Positions 12,901 through 25,309 of a stretch of DNA of 64,000 nt are shown piece after piece. How positions within the stretch are numbered: the first letter of the stretch is position 1; every line of letters starts with the position of its first letter. Both the position numbers and the translations under genes were made by a program. Source of the stretch: the human T2T-CHM13v2.0 reference genome, Homo sapiens; assembly GCF_009914755.1 (NCBI RefSeq), contig NC_060928.1. The stretch is one strand, 5' to 3'. The notes under the pieces are model-generated. The model was given only the letters and a program-made list of their open reading frames with translations, did no database searches and had not been told where the DNA came from.

Positions 12901-13715
12901 ATGCCCCAGGAAAAAGATTTTCTTAAATCCATTTTGGCAAGCCAGCCACAAAAGGCCAGGCATGTGGACCCAGAAAGTATAGGGGTGAATCAGTGGTCAG
13001 TGTGTATTCCGGGTATCTGAATACCAGCTTAGGCAAACTACAGCCCCATCAATTCAATGCACACCTCTCTTTGTGAATTTACCTTGGGTATTTAGGTATA
13101 GTTTATGTGACATTTTTTGAAATTATCATCAAGAAAAAAACATATGTATATGTTTCTATACCTATACTCTTCCCGAATACAATGGAAACTAACATGGTTT
13201 TATTTTGCTACTTTCAAACCAAATCCCAATTTTTGTTGATAAAATCTGAAATTTAAAACCCATATTAATAGTAAATGTGTACTTTATATTGTGATTATAA
13301 TGTTACCATTATAAATATATGAATATTTATATATTATGTTTTAGTTATAATTCTTTGCAAAAAGTATTGTCTCATGTGCTTTAAAGTGTATAAACTTTAA
13401 TAATTCTTCAAACTTATAGTATATTTAGTTTTATTTCTCATTACTATATGTTTTTAATACCATAATGTCTCCATAGTTGATGTCTATATTTTGGTACCAA
13501 TTAGAAGTGGGCACTTTGAAAAATTTATTTTATTTTCTAAAAAATTTCACTTAAGGGCATGATTTTGGCTGGAGTGATCCCAATCTCCATTTCATCAATT
13601 ATATAAGGAGTTATATGTAGAAACTTGAGGTAATTAGTATAGTATTTTCAATTTATTCCAGTGATATTTTAGTACCCTTAAAAGATTGATGCTTACAAAA
13701 TTATCTTTTAAATTT

Positions 13716-13717
<2 letters not shown>

Positions 13718-13748
<31 letters not shown>
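13718..13748. repeat. (TG)n microsatellite
   Basis: Direct reading. Confidence 0.95.
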
Positions 13749-13749
<1 letters not shown>

Positions 13750-14200
13750 CATGTACGTGGTTAGGTACCATTGTAAAAGTACTTGAAGGCTATACTTTTA
13801 TTCATTTCTCAGCTGACTGTGATGCAAATTGACTATTCTTTTTTTTTTTTTTTTTTACAAAGGGTATGGAAGGAAAGTGTACTTTGTAAATCTCCTATAA
13901 AGTTATGTTTCCTTTGTCCTGATACCAGGCAGCAACATAGCTTGTTGTAGAAATTTTGGGTCAAATGTTTGTTTACGCACAACACTAAAATCTCATTTAT
14001 TTGACATATTTGCTGAATACCCATTGTCTGCTGGGCACCCTCCTAGGTTTTGCAGACTAGCGAACAAGACTGCAGATTCCTTATGTAGTTGAACTTGCAT
14101 TATTGTAATTTAAAAGACAACTTTTACTTTCTTCCCCCTCCCTTCTTTCTCTTCCTTTTTATTTTGAGTGGGTGCATATAGAGATATTTTTCTCCTTTAG

Positions 14201-14317
14201 TTTTTTTTTTTTAATTATACTTTAAGTTTTAGGGTACATGTGTACAACGTGCAGGTTAGTTACATATGTATACATGTGCCATGTTGGTGTGCTGCACCCC
14301 ATTAACTCGTCATTTAG
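14201..14317 (-). mobile_element. Short 5'-truncated young L1PA (about L1PA3-4) 3' end
   Basis: Poly-T + attatactttaagttttagggtacatgtg...caggttagttacatatg...attaactcgtcatttag; tttagtttt at both ends (TSD/microhomology). Confidence 0.9.
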
Positions 14318-14751
14318 TTTTGAATGTGAAAAATACTATTGAGTATATATGTGAGGATACTTCATTTTTTCCTAATTGTTCTTGTTTTGAGGAGGACCTT
14401 TCAAGATGGGAGGTGTTATATTAAATACATGTTACACACACCTCTTCATGTTTTATTTTAATCTTTTCTCTCATATATCATCCTTTATCCTTTCATTCTG
14501 ACATATAGAATAATTTATTAGGCTACTCTCTCCTTTACTATTTTTTCTTCCATTCTATTCAATTACTATCTACATTGCAGTTTTTAGTTCATCAATGATA
14601 TGCTTAATTGCTAGGTATTGTTTCCTGATCTTAGATAGTTATCTCTTCATGATTGCCTATTCCAGTCATTCTGTGCTGTGTGCCTTCTCTAATTTGTTAG
14701 AAATAAAATTTAGATATTTTTAAAAAATATGATTTCTTGCTGCAGCAGTGA

Positions 14752-15106
<355 letters not shown>

Positions 15107-15867
15107 GAGAACAGCATCTTTTATGTGTCTGAAAATTTCTCTCATTTTGCTCATGTTTACAAAGAGAGATTTCGGCTGGTTTTGTGTCGATTGTGTCGGT
15201 TAAAATGAATCCTGTCAGTGAGGCTTCCTGTCTGATTTTTACAGATCCAAATGAAGGGATAAAGAAAAAGTTTTAATTTACTCTAGATCCTCTTAACTAT
15301 TTCTGAGATTCAGCAAGTATATGGTGGGGACTAAAAAGTGAGCTAATCCTATAATTTCCTCTAGGCCAAGTCATTTCTTTGCCATTTTGTTGAGCCTCTC
15401 AGGGGTCCTCCTACATAATTCTCTATTCCTGACTATTGTTGTAGAGTTTTTATCTTTGTGGCCTCTGGGATCAGAAGTGCCACCACATCCACAGGGATCC
15501 TTGACAGTGACACAGTCCCGCTCAACTTCTCTACTTGACTTTCTGACTTGGTAGGAGAGGTTCTGTTAAGTTCTTTCGCATTTTTCCCAGAACACAATGC
15601 TATCTCATCATATAAAAGGAGTTTCTACCCACTTTTCCGTTTAAGTGAGTTTATGCAAACTCTACTATGGCATAGACCATTAGTTCTTCCCTCAGTAACT
15701 TTCTGTATTTCTTCTATACAATTAGAAGCTTCAAATGCCACATAGATAACCAGCTAAAGACCTTATTCACCAGCTTCCCTTCCAGTAAATTTTCATCATG
15801 TAATTGGATTTAGGCAAGTGGTAGGAGAAAAAATGTGGTATATGCAATATCGTGCCTTGAAAAGGGA

Positions 15868-15990
15868 TGTGTGTGTGTGTGTGTGCATGCACACACACGT
15901 AGAGAAAAGAACATTCTTTCTCTGTGTGTGTGTGTGTGTATATATATATACACACACACACATGCACGAGAAAAGATATATATATATATA
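15868..15990. repeat. Compound (TG)n/(TA)n/(CA)n palindromic microsatellite
   Basis: Direct reading. Confidence 0.9.
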
Positions 15991-16309
15991 GTCCTATAAG
16001 ATTAGGTGACTTAACTTCTGTGAACCCCCAGAACTTATTTAGAAACTGAGGCTGATCACAGTAACACACACCTCTACAGTTCATGGGTTTTTGTAAGAAC
16101 TAATTGGGTAACTATATTCGATTTTATTTGATAAACTGTAAAATCTTATAAAAAGCCATTTGTTACAATTGGCTCTCACTATGTAACAGACTACCCATAT
16201 TATTAATTATTATTAAGTAAATTTGTAACTTATGAAATGAAAATTTAAATTGTGCTTTTGCTTTTGTGTGTAATCCTGTCTTTATATTTTTGGATATATA
16301 TATATATAT

Positions 16310-16395
16310 ATTTTTTTTTAATAACTTTTGGGGTACAAGTGGTTTTTGGTTTTGTGAATGACTTGTATAGTGGGTACGTGGATGAATTGCATATG
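16310..16395 (-). mobile_element. L1PB-like 3' end fragment
   Basis: ttttttaataacttttggggtacaagtggtttttggtt...gtatagtgg. Confidence 0.6.
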
Positions 16396-16415
16396 TATTC
16401 ATATATATATATATA

Positions 16416-17206
16416 TGAAACAGGAAAAGTTCCCTTGTCCCCCTCACAGGGTGTGTGATGGGGTGTTGCTGGCTTCTTTGGTGCCCTCCTGCTCAAACCT
16501 CTAGGGGGAGCATGCAGATGGACAGGCTGTGGGACTCCAACCCCATGGCAGCATCTAGGGTTGAGTGTTTAGAGCTTCTGAAGCCCCAGTGGGCGTGTGT
16601 TACCGTGCGCTCTTTCAGTTTAGCCATCCGTAGGCAGCTTGTGGTAATCAGCTCAATTAGACTCCCTGACTTATTGCAAGGACAGAGTGCTTTCTGAATC
16701 CTGGGGTTTCTTCCTTTGGTGTATTGGAAGGGATCAGAGGGCACGTGGGCTTAGAGAATGAGTGCAAGGTTTTATCGAGTGGAAGTAGCTCTTAGCAGAT
16801 GGAGGAGCCAGAAGGGAGATGGAGTGGGAAGGTGGTTTTCCCCTGGAGTCAGGCTGCTTAGCGGCTGGGCTCTCCTCCAACCGCCCCAGCCAAACGCCAC
16901 ATCGTTCCGCCGGTCGATGGCCTTCCAGTGCCTCTCTCTCCATGTCCAGCCGCTTGTCTTCTTCCGCTGGTGTGTTCTTCTTGACGTCCAGCTGCTTGTG
17001 TGTGTGCCTGCTAGGGTCTCCGGGTTTTTTATTGGCACAGGATGGGGGTGTGGCAGGCCAGGGTGGTCTTGGGAAATGCAACATTTGGGCAGGAAAACAG
17101 AAATGCCTGTTGGCACCTAAGTCCACGGGCACAGGCCCTGGCAAGAGCCCTAACCAGGAACCACAACCTCCTCTACCCAACACTTCCCTGAATCCTTTCC
17201 ATATCA
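16416..17206 (-). mobile_element. LTR1-family (HUERS-P2-type ERV1) solo LTR
   Basis: TG...CA termini (tgaaacagg...ccatatca); minus strand starts tgatatggaaagg..cagggaagtgttgggtaga; GC-rich; inserted in a (TA)n tract. Confidence 0.8.
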
Positions 17207-17209
17207 ATA

Positions 17210-17242
<33 letters not shown>

Positions 17243-17345
17243 CTATATATATATATATATGGAGAAAAAGAATATATATACATACTCCTTTTCTTTCCTT
17301 TTTCTGTTCAGTGGAATTTGCATGTGGTGGAAGGAACTAAAATAG

Positions 17346-17991
17346 TGTCAGAGCCAAGAGAAAAGTTCCCCTTTGCCTGCTGAAGGTTCACTGAAAAATC
17401 AACTCACAGAATGACATACAAGTTTATTTAACATGTACACACAGGAGTCTTTAGAAGGAAAAGCCAAAGATACAGGGGAAATCATCTATTTTATGCTTAG
17501 ATTCAACAAACTATGGACAGCTGTGTAGACATATCACTGGACAAAAAGGGTGTGATCCAATTCTAATAGACTGAGTTGGGAAGCCCAGCGAGGCCTGTGT
17601 GTCCAGATTCTTCTTGGCCCCTCTGAGCATGCATTTCTTTCTTCTGGGTGTGGGCCAGGACCCTCTCTAGAATGGGGGTCTTATGACCTACAGCCAAATA
17701 AGGTGAGTTAGGTCATTTCCTTGTAGTTTTTACACAGAAAGTTATAGAAGAACTTACACCAGTATTACTCGGTTTTATGGCTGGTTTGGGGGGAAACGCG
17801 GTTCTGGTTTCTGCCTTGGGGAAGAAGGATTCTAGGTTTTATGGGTAGCCTTTGGGGAGAATGGGACTGAGAGACTGGAGGGCAGGAGAATGTCAGAGAA
17901 AAACTTTGGTTTTTGAGGCTGCTTCTGAGGGCTTCATTTTAAGATATTGTTTTGGGGTATTTTTTGGGTATTGTTTTCCGAAGTCCCATCA
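17346..17991 (-). mobile_element. MER39/MER34-group ERV1 solo LTR
   Basis: tgtcagagcc...ttttggggtat...aagtcccatca; near-TSD atag/ttag. Confidence 0.7.
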
Positions 17992-18064
17992 TTAGTCATT
18001 TTAAACCACCAGATGGGGAGCTGCATATTAAAGATGACAGAACAATACGACAGAATAAGCCTAG

Positions 18065-18582
18065 GTTCCACAGGGGAGAAAAGATTCCTTTTCTTACCCA
18101 TCACAAGTTTCATAGCTGAGATCCCCCATAACCAAAGGCAGATGGACAAGAGTAAAACATTCAGATTTACTTGATATAACTTTTATGTGACATGGGAGGC
18201 TTTAGTATAAAGATCTGTGTAAGAGAGGAAAACTATTTTTATGAACACGTGCAGAAGTCAGAGTGGAGGGCTTGAAAAGGGGTATAGTCTAATGGTAATA
18301 CACGGCGGGGGTGGGCGAGGAACTTAGCAATGTCTGTTCAGATTCTTCTTGGTGTCTCTGTGTGGCATTCCTTCCCTCTGGGTACAGGGCAGGACACTTG
18401 TCATGTGAGAGTCTTCAGGGAAGAAGAGAGAGAAAGGCCAGAGAGTGACTTTCATAGGTTTTATAACCTGCTTCAGGAGAGAATGGTGAGAGAAGGCTGG
18501 AAAGACCTTTCTGCTTCTGTATTTTTTTTTTTTTTAAATGCCAAGGTGGGATATTGTGGGTAGCATACCCTGAACAATTTCA
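18065..18582 (-). mobile_element. MER34/LTR29-group ERV1 LTR
   Basis: cagattcttcttgg, gggcaggac and terminal atgccaaggtg...ggtagcat..cctgaacaatttca motifs shared with its neighbour. Confidence 0.6.
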
Positions 18583-18609
18583 GAAGTGTGCAACTGTATA
18601 TCACAACTG

Positions 18610-19257
18610 TGTAGGGCCCCAAAACATTTTCCTCCCCTATCTGAATGAAGATTCTATAATCGAGTCTGCTGAAATGAACTGACAATAGACAAAGCTGGGG
18701 TAAAGGCATACAAATGTATTGTGCGCATAAACACGAGAGTCACACAAAATATGAGGTTCAAAGAGGGGACCAGGTGGCAGAAACTTAAGTAGAAAGAAAC
18801 GGGGGCCTCTGAGAGGGAGGGGAGGTGGTGACACATACCATGGAAGGATAAGGAGAGAAACAATGGTGAGCAAAGGCTGTCTTATTACGCAGATCAAGTT
18901 TCTCAGGTAACAGCCCTTAGAAAAGTAGCTGAAAGAAGAAGTGAAAAGTCTGTCCTGGCGTGTTGTCCTGGGCCTGGCGACTTTTAGTTTCCTTTCCTGC
19001 AATACAAATTAATCTTCCCTGGTCAATAAGATTTCAGACAGGAGATTGAAGGCAATCGTGTTTCTTTTGGAAGAATTTCCCTCAGTCAGATAAGGAAATT
19101 TCAGGGACAGCTCCTCCCTGCACTTGGTAGGAGAAACTAGGGAGGGTCAGAGAGTCCTTGATTCCAAAGCAGCTTTGAAAGCTCTCATTTCCTTTAGTTC
19201 TTCGTGCTGAGCGTGCCAAAGCACCAAACGTTGGGGTATCATTTTCTGAGCCCAACA
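18610..19257 (-). mobile_element. MER39/LTR54-group ERV1 solo LTR
   Basis: tgtaggg...ttggggtatcattttctgagcccaaca; near-TSD actg/cctg. Confidence 0.7.
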
Positions 19258-20164
19258 CCTGGCCTGCTTACCTCTGGACTGCTGTGTGAGTGAGAAACAA
19301 ACCTTCCGATTGTGTATGTGCTCTTATACTGGTCTTTATCACCTTGACTGGAAATCTCTTTGCATGGCACCCTGCCCTGGTTTCTGGTAGTGAGGTAGGT
19401 AATTATGTCTATCATTTCTTGTGGAATCTGGACAACATCACCACCTCCTCTCACTCCTGAAATGATTTCAAAGCTAAGACAATGTCACTTTACCAGCGAT
19501 TGGTTTCTCCTCTCCCTTCCTGATTTTTGCATACTACTATAGTATGATCAAGAGGTAGTGCTTTTATTCATTATTCATTGATGAAACACACATTATTTAG
19601 AATTTGCTACTATCCAGGCTTCACTAAGTACCAAGTTAATTCAGGATTCCTTAAATAATTTATCATTTAACAGAGGGAGATGGAAGTATTAAAAAGTAAG
19701 CACACTAAAGCCAAAGAGAGGCATGTCCAGGTGACAGTGAGAACGTAGAGGAAGGGTGTTGACTCAACATAGCTCATACTGCTCTTATATACTTTTAAAG
19801 GAATTCATATCATTTTAATATCCCATTTCTATGATGCTTCCATCACATAAGCTGATTTTTGCCCTCTCTTTGTTGTGAGGAATAGATAAAGGGCAATTGG
19901 TTAATAAGTTTGAGATCATCGTTCATAAAGTCCTAAGCACTGGTCATATTGAGAAGTGATCTTAACAAGTTCTACAACTCAACTTAAATGCTTACGTACT
20001 AACATGCAGAATTATTTCCTGTCTGAACTCCTACAACAGATGCTTTTCTTGCTACAAAGTTTGCTATAAATTATATGGTGAGATAGGGCACAGACCCCCC
20101 CTGCCCATTGCAGTGCAAAGTGCTGGACAAGCAATACGATCAATAATCACTTGTTGAGTTTGGC

Positions 20165-20290
20165 AGGGAGGGAATGAAGAAGGGAAGGAAAGATGATAGG
20201 AAGGAAAGAAGGATATAGGAAGGAAAGAAGGAAGGGAGGGAGGGAGGAAGGAAGGAAGGAAGGGAGGCAGGCAGGCAGGCAGGAAGGAAT
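20165..20290. repeat. Purine-rich (GGAA/GGGA/GGCA)n tract
   Basis: Direct reading. Confidence 0.9.
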
Positions 20291-20424
20291 CATGGCATAG
20301 CCTATGTTACTTTCTAGATCACAAGAAACCAAAAACAAATTGATTCTTAGTATGTCTGATGCATTGTTACAATTGTTATTATTGAAGCAAAAATAGAAAA
20401 ACAGGTAGCTGTATCATCATTCAA

Positions 20425-20640
20425 GTTACTGTTAGGAGACCTAAGTTAGACTCCTAGCTTAGCGATTTACTAGCTAGGTGGTCCTTGGCATAATAATTAA
20501 CCTCAGTGAATCTCAAATTCCACATCTGTTGTTTGGGCATCATCCCTGTCATGCAATGTTTTTGTGAAAATGAAATGGAGTGTCTATGGAACTTCTTAGC
20601 AAAGATCCAAGTTCATAGTAAATACTCAATAAATGTTAAT
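20425..20640 (+). mobile_element. MIR SINE
   Basis: tactagctaggtggtccttggc...aacctcagtgaatctcaaattccacatctg...actcaataaatgttaa. Confidence 0.7.
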
Positions 20641-21644
20641 GGCATATGCATTTTAATAATACACTTTTTATTTGCAATATATTAACTATGTTGAAAAGTA
20701 CATATTTCAAATAATAAATATCCATTTACCAATCTCTCAAGATTTATTGGATGTTAAAGATATACACAAACTCCTTTGTAGGAGGTAGGCATTCTGCATC
20801 ATTTTTTAGTCTTTGAAATCATTTTTCCATTACAATTTCCCCATATGTTATCCCAATATATTTTTGCTCTTCAAAAATTCTTTATTGATTCACCAATGTA
20901 TATAATAAAATAATTTATTTTGAAATTTGAAATGAAAATAATTTGACATTAAAATTATTATTTATTTATTGTGGCCATAAAGGTCTATGTGTTTTGTAGC
21001 TTTTCCTGGATTAGATTCTGAAGTCAAAAGTTAATATATAATTGATAAGAGCTTAAACATTAAAATGTTGTTAATAGATATTAAATGCAAAATGTAAATT
21101 TTGCTGGAAATCCTTGTATTGTTGAGATAGGCAGGGCTGGATTATCTAGTTATGTAGGAGCTTTTGCAGATATTTCTATTTTGAACTGTACCTTTGTTAA
21201 ATACACCAGAAGTTTTTCCTCTTTAAAGCAATTCATCATAGTTGTATTAGGGATGAGGGCATCTTCTTCTTTTGAGAAATAAAGGACTAGTGATTGTGAA
21301 ACAGGATGTGAAGAAGCAGATCCTATTGTCACTTTCTCAGTTTAGGATATATGGCATATATTGAGGACATGAAAATTGCTTCCCTTAAATTATCTATGAA
21401 TATTTAGCTTTATGATGAGGAACATTGTGAAGAGGAAGCAAAGATAATGCAAATAGGAGTTAAAACATCGCACATTGCCTTTGTGTATTTTTTAAAGCAT
21501 TTGTGTTCCTTTTTCTAAGCATAAAATACACACATTAGTAGTAAAAATTTCTACCAGTTGAGGGCAAGCATATACATACAAACCCAAGATTCTATGATAA
21601 ATACTATGAATACTTTGTATATTATACTTTCTGATATTTTTCCT

Positions 21645-22946
21645 TTTATTATTATACATTAAGTTCTGGGATACATGTGGAGAACGTGCAGGTTTGTTAC
21701 GTAGGTTTACACATGCCATGGTGGTTTGCTGCACCCATCAAACCAGGTGTGTGATGGTTTGTGATGTTCCCCTCCTTGTGTCCACATGTTCTCATTGTTC
21801 AACTCCCACTTATGAGTGAGAACATGCGGTGGTTGGTTTTCTGTTCCTGTGTTTCCTGAGAATGATGGTTTCCAGCTTCATCCATGTCCGTGCAAAGGAC
21901 ATGAACTCATCCTTTTTTATGGCTGCATAGTATTCTATGGTATATATGTACCACATTTTCTTTATCCAATCTATAATTGATGGGCATTTGGATTGGTTCC
22001 AAGTCTTTGCTATTGTGAACAGAGCTGCAATAAACATAAGTGTTCTTGCATTAACATATGTGTTCTTGCAATAAACATAAGTGTTCTTGCATTCTTTAAA
22101 GTAGAATGACTTGGAATCCTTGGGCATATACTCAGTTATGGGATTGCTTGGTCAAATGGTATTTCTGATTCTAGATCCTTGAGGAATTGCCACGCTGTCT
22201 TCCACAATGGTTGAACTAATTTACACTCCCACCAACAGTGTCAAAGCATTCCTATTTCTCCACATCCTATCCAGCATCTTTTCTTTCGTGACTCTTTAAT
22301 GATCGCCATCCTAACTGGCATGAGATGGTATCTCATTGTGGTTTTGATTTGCATTTCTCTAATGACCAGTGACGATGAGCTTTTTTTCATATGTTTATTG
22401 GCCACACAAATGTCTTCTTTTGAGAAGTGTCTGTTCATATCCTTCGCCCACTTTTCGATGGAATTGTCTTTTTCTTGTAAATTTGTTTAAGTTCTTTGTA
22501 GATTCTGGATATTAGCCGTTTGTCAGATGGGTAGATTGCAAAAATTTTCTCTCATTCTGTAGGTTGTCTCTTCACTCTGATGATAGTTTCTTTTGCTGCG
22601 CAGAAAAGCTCCTTAGTTTAATTAGATCCCATTTGCCAATTTTGGCTTTTGTTGCCATTGCTTTTGGTGTTTTAGTCAGGAAGTCTTTGCCCATGCCTAT
22701 GTCTTCAATGGTATTGCCTAGGTTTTCTTCTAGGGTTTTTATGCTTTTATGTCTTACATTTAAGTCTTTAATCCATCTTGAGTTAATTTTTGTATAAGAT
22801 ATAAGCAAGGGGTCCAGTTTCAGTTTTCTGCATTTGGCTAGCCAGTTTTCCCAACACCATTTATTAAATAGGGAATCCTTTCCCCATTTCTTGTTTTTGT
22901 CAGGTTTGTCAAAGATCAGATGGTTGTAGATGTACAACCATCTGAT
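21645..22946 (-). mobile_element. 5'-truncated L1PA (about L1PA7-8), ORF2 C-terminus + 3' UTR
   Basis: ORF track gives L1 ORF2p peptides ([29 protein letters not shown]; [10 protein letters not shown]; IAALFTIAKTWNQ); TSD-like tctgatRtttttcct on both sides. Confidence 0.95.
21810..22937 (-). pseudogene. Disrupted L1 ORF2p C-terminal region
   Basis: Three separate ORF fragments (22572..22937, 22241..22438, 21810..22127) with recognisable ORF2p sequence, broken by frameshifts/stops. Confidence 0.9.
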
Positions 22947-24854
22947 GTTTTTTTCCTAAGAATCTATTTACATTTTAAACTTTTAAAATTATATATGATA
23001 TTTTCTTAGATTTTTTCTGCATAAAAGTATTTAAATAAATATATATATTTCCATCAGAATACAACATTTTATATTTTTTATTCATTATAATTCAGTTCAA
23101 AATATTTTTTAATTTTTCTTGTGATTTCTTCTTTAACTCTTGACATTTTTATAAATGTGTTATTTAATTTCCAAATAATTTGAATTGGTTTTTAGGCAGC
23201 CATTTGTATCCTTTGGTCTTTTTTTAAGCAGCAGCCAGAGATTTCATTCGTTTGTAAGTTGGCTTACTACAATTCTTCAAAATAAGATAACAAAGATTTT
23301 ATAATACACTATTATTTTATACATGACGAAGAGAAAAAAGTTACCAATCATACCATGTATTACACCATTGGATATAAGACATAGCTCTATTTTAGTGCTG
23401 TTAATATGTGAAAACCAAAACAAAATCTATGCCTTTGAATTGACAGACTGTATTATTGACTTCTCAGCTCACAATTCATGACCTTCAATCTCTTAGGAAA
23501 ATCCATGGTTATTACAATAACCTCCAAAGTCCTTATGTAGTCTACCAATTTCTCTCCCTGACTTCTAATCTCTCTCTCCTTATACCCTGCTACACTCACC
23601 CTTACCATGCTCGCCATTCTGAACTTACTGAGCTCAAGGACTCCAGATGTACTTCTACCTCGGAACCTTCATTACAACTTTCTCTCCTCCCAGTCGCCCA
23701 CAGCTTACTCTCTCACTTCTCTCAAGTCATTGCTCAACTTTCTTCTTTACAGCGAGACCCTTCCCAGCCACCCAATTCAAACATGAAATATTTGCTTTCT
23801 TTATCACCTTCCTGATCGATATTCCCTCCCCATTTTCTTTCTCTTGATTGCCCTTATCCGAATTTGACCTACTACAGAACATTCTATGGAATTACTCCCA
23901 CTTAATATTTTCCCAGTTGCATAGTACTATGTTATTAATATACATTGGATTTATATTTGAATGCAATATCTTTTGGGCATGTTTATACAGGAAAAAAAAA
24001 TTATTATGCCCACAAGTCTAAAAGCAACATTTTTAAATGAAACAATATTCATGAATAGTCTTTAGTTATATTGCAAACATCATCGATAGAGCATACAAAT
24101 CTCAGGAAGTTAGAGTAGAATGTCAACTAGGGTGATGCACAACATGCTACTATGTTGATGTTAACTATTTATTAACATCAGTTGTTGGGTGAGCAAAATC
24201 AGTGTTTTATGTATTTTACTTCCCAATGTAACCATTTGTTATTAATATTTATATATTTGATATTTTTATTATATTGTAGGATATTGGTTGGGTTGGAGGT
24301 TAATGTGTCATATATTATTTTTTCTGATCTTGAACAATGGGGAATATATTTCTGTAATATGTTTTACATTTTTCATAGAAGTTACAATTTTTGTGCAAAA
24401 ACATTTTGCTTTCAAGAATGGATGAGAGAATTAGTGATGGGAGAATTAGTGATGGGAGATGCCTATGTGTATCTTACTTGTTGCTTTATTATTATTATTG
24501 CTGTTAATAGTGCCTTTCTCCTAAAGAAAAATTCAGTGAAGGAAAGGCTTTATGTCTGTTTTGTTCACTAGAGCTAGGATGGAGCCTAACACATAGTAAG
24601 TGACTAATAAATATTTGCCTAATGAATGAGCATTGCTGGCCTCTTTGATATTTTTTAAATATCACTGTAGCCAATTAACTGAATTAATTTTTCTATTGCT
24701 TCTAATAGGTTTTCAGTTGATTTTTGTATGTTTTCTCAGTAGAATATAGAATTATTTGTGAATGGTAATTTTGTCTTTCCTTTTTCAAAAATGTTTCATG
24801 TCTTATTGCATTAAAACTTTGAGAAGACATTCAGTTTTGTTTTTTGTAGCAGGC

Positions 24855-25257
24855 TGTCTTAGTCCATTTGGGTTGCTATAAAAAATACCTTAGACTGGGT
24901 AATTTATGCACAACATAAATTTTTGCTCACAGCTCTGGAGGCTGGGAAGTCCAAGATCAAGGCACTGGCAGATTCAGTATCTGGTGGGGGCCTGTTCCTC
25001 ATAGAAGGTATCTTCTTGCTGTGTCCTAACAGGGCAGAAAGTGTTAACTAACTCCTTCAGGCCTCTTTTAATACGGGACTAATCCCATTCATGACGGCAG
25101 ATCCATCATGACCAAATCACTTCCACAAGCCTCAGCTCTTACTACTATCACAATAGGGATTAGTTTTTCCTCTCTCTTCCTCCCTCCCTTCCTCCCTCCC
25201 TCCTTCCCTCTTTCTTTTCTTTTCTTTCTTCTTTCTTTCTTTTTCTTTCTTTTCTTT

Positions 25258-25309
<52 letters not shown>

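Noticed and set aside
16455-17340. Stack of overlapping 80-173-aa ORFs on both strands
   Set aside because: All lie within a GC-rich LTR1-type element where stops are rare; no recognisable domain.
24426-24459. 15-bp duplication gagaattagtgatgg (similar short ones near 9687, 36820, 57675, 61360)
   Set aside because: Ordinary slippage micro-duplications with no further structure.
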